Shown here: in pieces, positions 57,245-64,000 of the stretch
Position numbering within the stretch: the first letter of the stretch is position 1
Layout: every line of letters starts with the position of its first letter
DNA from: Chthonomonadales bacterium
Lineage (GTDB): Bacteria > Armatimonadota > Chthonomonadetes > Chthonomonadales > CAJBBX01
Direction of reading: 5' to 3'
NCBI GenBank assembly: GCA_037443035.1
Contig: JBBIPC010000003.1
Coordinates: 161,383 to 225,382, forward strand
DNA length: 64,000 nucleotides
The notes under the pieces: model-generated
Database searches by the model: none
Told to the model about the DNA's origin: nothing
What the model saw: the letters and a program-made list of their open reading frames with translations, nothing else
Position numbers and translations under genes: made by a program

Positions 57245-59377
57245 TCAAGGCGATCGGTCCAGCCCTACCTCGTGGAACAGGAAAGCGAGAACGTGACTAC
57301 GGCGCTCCACCTGTTTCGAGACTGGCTCGCCTCCCGAATGACCAACCTCCGTGTTGTAGTAGAGGAGCACCGGTCTCTTCTGCAGCGGCAAGCTCTGCAT
57401 CAGTGCGGTCATCTTCCTTGCATGGAGCGGCGCCACTCTCGTGTCGGCATCACCGGTTACGAAGAGCACGGCGGGATAGGCACGGTCGGCCCGAACGTGG
57501 TGATATGGCGAATAAGCGTAGAGAACCTTGAACTGCGCAGGATTCTCTGCGCTGCCGTATTCGGGCACCCACTGAGGTCCCTGCAGGAAGAGGTGGTAGC
57601 GGAGCATGTCCAGCAACGGCACCTCGCACAGCACTGCCCCGAAGAGGTCTGGCGCTTGGGTCATCGCCGCTCCCACAAGCAAGCCACCGTTGCTCCCGCC
57701 CGATATCGCAAGGCGCCCTGGCCGGGTGTACTTGTTCTCGACAAGCCAGTGCGCAGCGGCGACGAAGTCGTCGAACACGTTCTGCTTCTTGTCGAGCATG
57801 CCTGCGTGGTGCCACTCCTCGCCGAATTCACCACCGCCTCGCAACGCAGGTACAGCGTAGACGCCTCCCTGCTCAACCCAGACCGCCGCCTCCGGGTCGA
57901 AGCCGGGTGTCATGCTGACCCCGAAACCCCCGTAGCCCGTAAGGTGTACGGCCTTGTTGCCGTCAAGCTTCATCCCTTTGCGGTGCACAAGGAACATGGG
58001 AATCCGTGTACCGTCTCTGGAGGTGTACCAGACTTGCTTCGTCACGTAGTCCGACGCACGTATGGGAACCCGGACCCGGCTCCATACAGTCTGCCGTCCG
58101 GAGGCAACATCGAGCCTCCGGACCTGTCCAGGTACCACGAAGGACTCGAAATGGTAGAAGGCCTCACGGCTGTCCCACGGCCCCTCGGGCACAGTCGCGG
58201 ATCCGATGCCCGGCAGCTTCACGTCCCGCAATCGCGTCCCGTCTGGTTCGTACATCTCCACCCGGCTGGAGACATTCTGGAGCCGCACGATGAACAGTCG
58301 CCCTGCGGATGCCGAGAATCCTTCGATAGGATCCTGGCCCTCCGGCACGATCTCACGCCAGCGATCGAGCGGGAGCTTGCCGGCAGGATCGGCTTCCATC
58401 ACGCGGCGCCTGGGTGCTCTGTAGTCGGTCAAGACGTACAGCCTATCCCCCGCGAACTCCGGACTGAAAGTTGCATCCACACCAGTGACGATGGGACGAA
58501 TAGGTCCACCTTCCTGGAGATCCTGCACGAACAGGTCGTTCTGAGTCCATCCGCGATAGACGATGAGCACCAACCATCGCCCGTTTTCGGAGACGAACTG
58601 ACCGACCATGGTGTCCGGACCGTATTCCGCCCCGAAGATCACAGGATCCAAAGAAGGGTCCGTGCCCATTCGGTGGAAGTGCACTCGGCGTCCCTGCAGA
58701 GGCGTAAGAAGGGTGTAGTAGAACCCCGTAGCATCCGCTGTTAAGGAGAGATCTTCGACATGGGCCCGCGGCAATCGGTCCGGTAGCTCTCTCCCGGAGT
58801 CAACGTCCAGGATCCGGACCTCGCATTCGTCCTCGCCTCCCTTTCGCACACCGATCGCCACACGCCGGCCGTCGTGGCTGACGTCCATGAAGAACGCGGA
58901 GGCGGTGTGATCCGGGCTGAGAGGATGCGGATCGAACAGGACCCCGTCTTTCCCGCGCAGACCACGGCGCCAGTACAGAATAGCCTGTTCGTCCCCGACC
59001 CTCTTGCGGCCGAAGAAGTATCTTCCTCCGCGCAGCGTTGGCATGCCGGCGCGCTCGACCCTGAGGAACTGTTCCAGGCGACGCGCCAATCGCTCGCGAA
59101 CGGGCAATTCGCCCAGTACTGCCTTGGTATAGGCGTTCTGCGCCTTGATCCACGCCCTTGTTTCAGGGCTGTTCTGGTCCTCCAGCCACCGGTAGGGGTC
59201 CGAGATGGTGACTCCGTGGAGCTCTTCCCTGACTTCGAGCCTCCGAGTGACTGGGAGATCACCCTGCATTCCCGATGCAGCGGCTATGGCCACTAGACAG
59301 GCTGCGCCGAACACTAACAGGTACAGCGTCATCAATGCGGTTACCCTTCCTGAAACCTTGGTGTACGCCGATGGCAC
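57245..59377 (-). CDS. Prolyl oligopeptidase (S9A), probably exported
   Basis: DPYRWLED, SRDGTRIPM, GYGGF, LRGGGEFGEEWH, KQNVFDDF, GGSNGG (Ser), DTRV (Asp), VGHSG (His). Start approximate. Confidence 0.95.
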   Translation of the reverse strand: MPSAYTKVSGRVTALMTLYLLVFGAACLVAIAAASGMQGDLPVTRRLEVREELHGVTISDPYRWLEDQNSPETRAWIKAQNAYTKAVLGELPVRERLARRLEQFLRVERAGMPTLRGGRYFFGRKRVGDEQAILYWRRGLRGKDGVLFDPHPLSPDHTASAFFMDVSHDGRRVAIGVRKGGEDECEVRILDVDSGRELPDRLPRAHVEDLSLTADATGFYYTLLTPLQGRRVHFHRMGTDPSLDPVIFGAEYGPDTMVGQFVSENGRWLVLIVYRGWTQNDLFVQDLQEGGPIRPIVTGVDATFSPEFAGDRLYVLTDYRAPRRRVMEADPAGKLPLDRWREIVPEGQDPIEGFSASAGRLFIVRLQNVSSRVEMYEPDGTRLRDVKLPGIGSATVPEGPWDSREAFYHFESFVVPGQVRRLDVASGRQTVWSRVRVPIRASDYVTKQVWYTSRDGTRIPMFLVHRKGMKLDGNKAVHLTGYGGFGVSMTPGFDPEAAVWVEQGGVYAVPALRGGGEFGEEWHHAGMLDKKQNVFDDFVAAAHWLVENKYTRPGRLAISGGSNGGLLVGAAMTQAPDLFGAVLCEVPLLDMLRYHLFLQGPQWVPEYGSAENPAQFKVLYAYSPYHHVRADRAYPAVLFVTGDADTRVAPLHARKMTALMQSLPLQKRPVLLYYNTEVGHSGGEPVSKQVERRSHVLAFLFHEVGLDRSP

Positions 59378-59438
59378 GATACCTGTATCCTCGTCGCCGG
59401 GATTCGCCGTTCCGAAAGACTGTTCCTGCCCAACTGGA

Positions 59439-59480
59439 ACAAGGAAACGGCGCCCTGCCGTTGAAGGTACAGGGCGCCGT
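59439..59480 (-). terminator. Intrinsic terminator of the cytochrome operon
   Basis: ACGGCGCCCTG / CAGGGCGCCGT stem followed on the minus strand by TTCCTTGTT. Confidence 0.65.
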
Positions 59481-59505
59481 CGCGGCTCGACTATGGCCGC
59501 CTACG

Positions 59506-60963
59506 TCAATCGGTCTGCCGCAAGGTGTACTCGCGCAGCTTCCGCAGCTCGTTGGCTAGAATCGCCTTGATCTTAGCCGGTGTCATGTGTTCCGTCGCCG
59601 CTCTACCGACACCGAGTGCGTTCAGGTTGCTATCGGCGAGGTCGAGCAGGTAGCGGGTGTACGTCGAGTTATGGACGCCGAAGCTCTTATCGTAGAGCAC
59701 GAAGTAGTAGTTGTGCCGCGCCCTTTTCACCTCGATGGGCACCAGCGACTGGCTCGGCGCAGTCTTACCAGTCGGTATGTACGAGGTGTAGTTCCACAGG
59801 TCCGGATCACCGAAGGTAGCGTTGGACCAGTTCTGAAGCCTGGTGAGCAGGGCTACCAAGCGTGCCTCGATGGCCCCCCGAATGGCGTAGCGGGCGGCAG
59901 CATCGCCAGGCGAGTGGCACGGGGCGCAGCTCTTGTCGAAGTTCACCACCATAGTATGCTTGGCGTTCGGCATGTGGCAGTGGACGCACTGCCCCGGCGC
60001 GTTGGCATGGGCGGTCGTCCGCACTGCGGGTGGCGCACCGCCCTCTTCACAGCCGCCGGTACCCATGAGCATGGGAAACTGAGGACCGTGGTGGAACGAT
60101 GGCCGTGTAGTGCCACTCGTCAGCGCTGCATCATCGCTTCCACCGCCGCGATTATTGTGGCATGTACCGCAGGCGTGGTTGATGGTGGTGTAGGTCTTCA
60201 CCGGCGTACCCGGAGCAAGGGCGGATGTGTCCGTATTCGTTTCCTCGTACCGGATGTTGTACTTCTTGCCGCTCTCCCAGCTAGGAATGTCGGTATTCAC
60301 CATGGCTGTGTGACAGTTCACGCAGGATGCGCTCTCTTTGGTACCGGCTGCCATGGCCGCCACTCGGTCCGCTGGCTTGGCGAGGATGTTGGCGTCGATC
60401 TCGTCGGCCGTCTTGCCCTCCGTGAGCTTGGCATCTATCCAATCGGCTCGGAACGGAGCGCTGTGGCAGCGCAGGCAGGTCTTGCTGGGACTCGCAGAAC
60501 CCACAACGTCTTCCACCGCGTCGGCATGAGGAGAAGTATGGTAGTCCGCTGCCATAGGACCGTGGCACTGAGCGCAGACCTCGGACCTTGCGAGATTGGG
60601 GAACGCGAGGATATTCTCGCCGCTGGGAGCAGCGACGTGGGCGCCTCCGGGCCCGTGGCACTGCTCGCATCCGACCCCGATCTGGGCGTGGCGCGTCTGC
60701 TCGTACTTCGCGTACTCCACTACGGGTGCGCCGTTCGCTCCTGTCTCATGGCAAGTGCGGCACGCGTCCGAACCAACGTAGGAGGCCGCCTGCTGTTCTG
60801 GTGAGAGCAGGGCGCGGAAGGCCGCCGTGGTGCTGGTGCCGCCTCCGCCCGTGTCCGGCGGCTTGAGCGGACCACCTGACCCCCCGCAGCCCGCGACGAC
60901 AAGGGTTGCGGCGAAGGGGATGACTCCGCCGAGCAGACCCCACAACAAGAGGGATTTCTTCAT
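59506..60963 (-). CDS. Octaheme c-type cytochrome lipoprotein with an NrfA/c552-like C-terminal helical region
   Basis: Lipobox VVAGC; eight CxxCH motifs (CRTCH, CEQCH, CAQCH, CLRCH, CVNCH, CGTCH, CVHCH, CAPCH); ARHNY.FV..DKSFGVHN.TY...LL tail. Confidence 0.9.
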   Translation of the reverse strand: MKKSLLLWGLLGGVIPFAATLVVAGCGGSGGPLKPPDTGGGGTSTTAAFRALLSPEQQAASYVGSDACRTCHETGANGAPVVEYAKYEQTRHAQIGVGCEQCHGPGGAHVAAPSGENILAFPNLARSEVCAQCHGPMAADYHTSPHADAVEDVVGSASPSKTCLRCHSAPFRADWIDAKLTEGKTADEIDANILAKPADRVAAMAAGTKESASCVNCHTAMVNTDIPSWESGKKYNIRYEETNTDTSALAPGTPVKTYTTINHACGTCHNNRGGGSDDAALTSGTTRPSFHHGPQFPMLMGTGGCEEGGAPPAVRTTAHANAPGQCVHCHMPNAKHTMVVNFDKSCAPCHSPGDAAARYAIRGAIEARLVALLTRLQNWSNATFGDPDLWNYTSYIPTGKTAPSQSLVPIEVKRARHNYYFVLYDKSFGVHNSTYTRYLLDLADSNLNALGVGRAATEHMTPAKIKAILANELRKLREYTLRQTD

Positions 60964-60982
60964 CTTGCGTGTCTCCTTAGTG

Positions 60983-62650
60983 TTAGAACCTTCCACGGCC
61001 TGACAGGACGATGGTCGTGGCTGTCATATTCATGTTCTGGTCCACTTTGTCCCGATATGTCCACGGTGCTACGGACAGCGCGACTTCCTCGCCGCCTGCG
61101 AACCGGTGGCGTAGGGTAAGGGTAAGGTAGTTGCTTCGCGTGTTGCCATCACGCAGGAGCAGGGGGTTGTCGTTGTTCGTGGTTGTGTCTACATAACCGC
61201 CCCAGAGGAACGTTCGGGGTCCAAGGAGGTAGCTCAGCCCCAAGGACGTCGTGCGGCTGTCCGGCATGAACGTTCCCAGGGTCGGGAAGACCGCTTCGGG
61301 GTTACGTCCGCGCCAGGTTTCGTACGATATCTCCCCGTAGAGTTCCAAGCGCGGCATGGGGTTCCATGTCGCGCCAGCCGCCGCTATGCCGCCTGTAACG
61401 TTCGTTCCTCTTAGGCTGTTACCACGGCGTTGGAACGACCACGAAGCGTAGCCGCTGAAGACATCGCCCGAGGTATCCAGCTTCACGGAAAATGCATCCC
61501 GGCCGTCCCAAGCGGCGGAGCGGGTATCCACGGTGACCATCTCGGGTCGTTGCCACATTCGCTCGCTGCTGCCTCGGATGGTCAGCCGAATACTGCGCGT
61601 CAGCCGTCCTGACAGACGGCCACTGACGGTGGTCCACTTCGGTACGTCGAGATAGCTGCCATCGCCGCGAACGCGTTCCGCCTCGCGGTACTGCCAGCGT
61701 AGTCGCACGCCCATCGTGCCCAAGCGCGTCGCGAAGCCCGTCTCCACGATCCTCCGCGCCTGGACGTAGGGACCTTCCATCTCGGGCCATCGATACCGCT
61801 CGGAAGTGCCGGTCACCGTCAAGTCTCCCCACCGCCCTAGCTCCGAGCGTCCGCTCAACGACACCTGGCTGGACCTTCCAACGCCGCTCCCTGACCGTTC
61901 GAAAGTCGTACCGGCTAAACTCCCGCTGATGTCGCTAGTCGGACTAGCAGCCCAGAGGCCATTCAAGCGCCAGGTCTGGATGCTGGTGTCCGGCAAGGCC
62001 AACATACGGTCATAGAACCGCGTATCGGAGATAGTGAATCCGAGGGATCCATCCCCCACCTTGCCCGCTGCGGTAAGGCTCCAGGCTCTACCGCGCCACC
62101 GTTCCGGTTCTCGTGGCGCCTCCATGTAGCGGTTGATGTTCTGAGTTGCGTAATGCCACGTGATCCCGAAATCTGGCGCCACCCGACGCCGGAGTGTGAA
62201 CTCCTCCCACCGGCGGCTGCTGTCGGGCACCTCCAGGGGAGTGTTTTCGACGAACCTCGTGCGAGCTGCTGACCACGCCAACTCTGTCGCATCGCCGTTG
62301 AAACCCAAGGCCAAGTCTGTGCGGATATCGTCGGTGCCATAGCCGCGGAGGATCAGCCGACCGTGACCGTCGTAAGGCATCGAGGCAGGTTGCAGGGTCA
62401 GCTCCCTCAGATACAGGCCCATGGGAGGAGAGCTGTACTGATACAGCTTTTGTGAGTGCCCAGACTGCGCGCGGCTGGCAAAGCCGATGTCTATGGCCAG
62501 GATCTTCGGCGCGGCCGGCTTCTCCTCAGCTGCCTCCCGGGACTGGTTCTCACTGCTCTCTTGTGCAGCGGCCACACTCCCCATGGCAAGGAGCAGGATG
62601 ATGGCGAAGCCAAGCCGGAGCGACCAGTTGCCAGTGTGCAATCGCGTCAT
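60983..62650 (-). CDS. Outer-membrane beta-barrel, MtrB/PioB-like porin
   Basis: Signal peptide AAA-Q; amphipathic beta strands throughout; C-terminal GRF; lies between two multiheme cytochrome genes; ATG after GAGGTG. Confidence 0.78.
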   Translation of the reverse strand: MTRLHTGNWSLRLGFAIILLLAMGSVAAAQESSENQSREAAEEKPAAPKILAIDIGFASRAQSGHSQKLYQYSSPPMGLYLRELTLQPASMPYDGHGRLILRGYGTDDIRTDLALGFNGDATELAWSAARTRFVENTPLEVPDSSRRWEEFTLRRRVAPDFGITWHYATQNINRYMEAPREPERWRGRAWSLTAAGKVGDGSLGFTISDTRFYDRMLALPDTSIQTWRLNGLWAASPTSDISGSLAGTTFERSGSGVGRSSQVSLSGRSELGRWGDLTVTGTSERYRWPEMEGPYVQARRIVETGFATRLGTMGVRLRWQYREAERVRGDGSYLDVPKWTTVSGRLSGRLTRSIRLTIRGSSERMWQRPEMVTVDTRSAAWDGRDAFSVKLDTSGDVFSGYASWSFQRRGNSLRGTNVTGGIAAAGATWNPMPRLELYGEISYETWRGRNPEAVFPTLGTFMPDSRTTSLGLSYLLGPRTFLWGGYVDTTTNNDNPLLLRDGNTRSNYLTLTLRHRFAGGEEVALSVAPWTYRDKVDQNMNMTATTIVLSGRGRF

Positions 62651-62655
62651 ATCAT

Positions 62656-63687
62656 TCACCTCGTCCGCAGATACCGGTCGCCGTTGGAGCCGTGGAGCGC
62701 TTCGTGGCATCCCGACGCCCAGCACGTCTGACCCGGGTAATGCGCCGTTGTCATCTCGGAATGGCACTGGGCGCACAGGCCCCTGGAGAAGGAGTTGAGG
62801 AGGCGCGGGTTCGCCGAGCCATGGGGCCGGTGGCATTCCGTGCATCCCTCGCCAGTCCAACCGGCAACGGGATCGTGCTCGAACTTGAAGGGGCCAGCCT
62901 TCTCGAGGTGACAGCGAACGCAAGTGCTCTTGACCGGAGCTATCCGGGATGGCGACTGCTTCGTCGGATGGAGTTCGTGGCAGTCGCTGCATGTCATGCG
63001 CCCCTCTGTAACGGGGTGATGAAAGTTGCGCCGAAACTCGGAGACCTCTTTCCGGTGGCACTTGGCACATAGGACCGGCTGCTCGGCCTTCAGATGCGGC
63101 AGGGGTCTGGTAGCCGTGACATCGGTCGGTGACAGCCCGGCGCGTAGGTCATTGGCAGGCGGCATGGCGTCCGTCACGAGCTTCGAGTCTCTCCCGTGGT
63201 GTACCGTATGGCAGTCCACGCATCCGACATCGGAACGCGCGTGCTCGGTGCGCCGCCACTGGGCATCATGCATGGTGGCGCCGTGGCAGCGAAGACAGGC
63301 AGCGCTGGCCTCTGTGGACTTGATACGCCCATAGCGGATGATGCTCTGGCCGATCTTCTCCGGATCCGAAATGCTGTCCAGGTGCTTCTGTCCTGGCCCG
63401 TGGCAAGCCTGACACCCTCTCCGTTCGACCGGAAGCTTCGGGTCCTTGACATGGGCTGCATGATAGGACCGACCGAATTCGGCGGCTACGTCCGGATGAC
63501 AGCCGCCGCACACCTGATCATCCACATAGTCTTCGGCCTTGGCTTCTGCGAACAGTGTCAGGGGGAAACGCGGGGGCGGCTTTCGGTTCGTCTGGCCCAA
63601 CACGGTTGCGCCCAGCAAGCAACCCGCCGAGGCGAGAACTACTAGAGCTGGCACGAAGGCACGTGCTTTGGAACCGCGCAATGTCAT
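62656..63687 (-). CDS. MtrA/DmsE-family periplasmic decaheme cytochrome c
   Basis: Nine CxxCH plus terminal CWASGCH; family motifs GCQACHGPG..H, HHPVTEGRMTCSDCH, EKAGPFKFEHDPV, CTECHRPHGS, LCAQCH, HGSN; ATG after GGGAGG. Confidence 0.92.
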   Translation of the reverse strand: MTLRGSKARAFVPALVVLASAGCLLGATVLGQTNRKPPPRFPLTLFAEAKAEDYVDDQVCGGCHPDVAAEFGRSYHAAHVKDPKLPVERRGCQACHGPGQKHLDSISDPEKIGQSIIRYGRIKSTEASAACLRCHGATMHDAQWRRTEHARSDVGCVDCHTVHHGRDSKLVTDAMPPANDLRAGLSPTDVTATRPLPHLKAEQPVLCAKCHRKEVSEFRRNFHHPVTEGRMTCSDCHELHPTKQSPSRIAPVKSTCVRCHLEKAGPFKFEHDPVAGWTGEGCTECHRPHGSANPRLLNSFSRGLCAQCHSEMTTAHYPGQTCWASGCHEALHGSNGDRYLRTR

Positions 63688-63782
63688 GGACGCCTCCCGT
63701 CTACGGGGTCTCTTCCAGCCCACCCCCTCTGCAGACAGCATGTGAAAGCTAGAACGAATGACAGGTGGCTGGTTCTGCACGC

Positions 63783-63791
63783 ATTATAACA
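63783..63791 (-). promoter_or_regulatory. Extended -10 promoter for the cytochrome operon
   Basis: TGtTATAAT about 95 nt upstream of the mtrA-like start, in an AT-rich intergenic patch. Confidence 0.6.
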
Positions 63792-64000
63792 CATCTCGAC
63801 CGAAATATGACGATAAAGCCGCAGATTTATCTCTTTTCTTCACAGAAGGAGCATGCCAGCGCCGATCCCCGTACGCACGGGACCGTGCCGAAGGATGCAA
63901 TCGTGACCCCGCCGATGTAAGCCAATCCCGACGACGCCGACCCAGACGATGCCGCGCCCCGCGCACCCGACGATGAATCGTCGGGCTGGTGACACAAATC

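Noticed and set aside
59506..60963. Calling the octaheme gene nrfA or mtrC
   Set aside because: It has eight hemes and no CxxCK, there is no nrfH neighbour, and the heme count and size do not fit MtrC.

Overview
A GC-rich, gene-dense chromosomal window. The host is probably a diderm Terrabacteria-type organism such as Armatimonadota. This is an inference from the [13 protein letters not shown] DUF1559 prepilin-like protein, jag and a copper-amine-oxidase-N domain occurring together with TolC, OMP and MtrB barrels. I found about 49 CDSs and one tRNA-Arg(CCG), but no integrase, transposase or CRISPR array. Housekeeping content: tgt, rpmH-rnpA-yidD-yidC-jag (without dnaA or mnmE), gdhA, nadK and panBCD. 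Other content: GH10, GH51 and other glycoside hydrolases, CDF and chromate transporters, and a planctomycete-type DUF1549/DUF1501/PPC module. Main findings: (1) a Cys-rich leader ending in the ribosome-arrest motif RAPP, whose last codons are complementary to the Shine-Dalgarno of a downstream TolC-MFP-RND operon with copper-type metal-binding domains and a rearranged proton relay, i.e. a candidate metal-sensing translational attenuator; (2) an unannotated ~80-nt three-hairpin small RNA with anti-SD loops; (3) a recurrent ECF-type promoter (AAC-N16/17-CGT) in front of six transcription units; (4) an MtrA-MtrB-octaheme lipoprotein porin-cytochrome operon; (5) an accessory protein/TPR-CHAT/subtilase two-protease cassette; (6) an ECF sigma/zinc anti-sigma/tandem-STN protein module. 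All calls come from reading motifs by eye; no searches or folding calculations were run.
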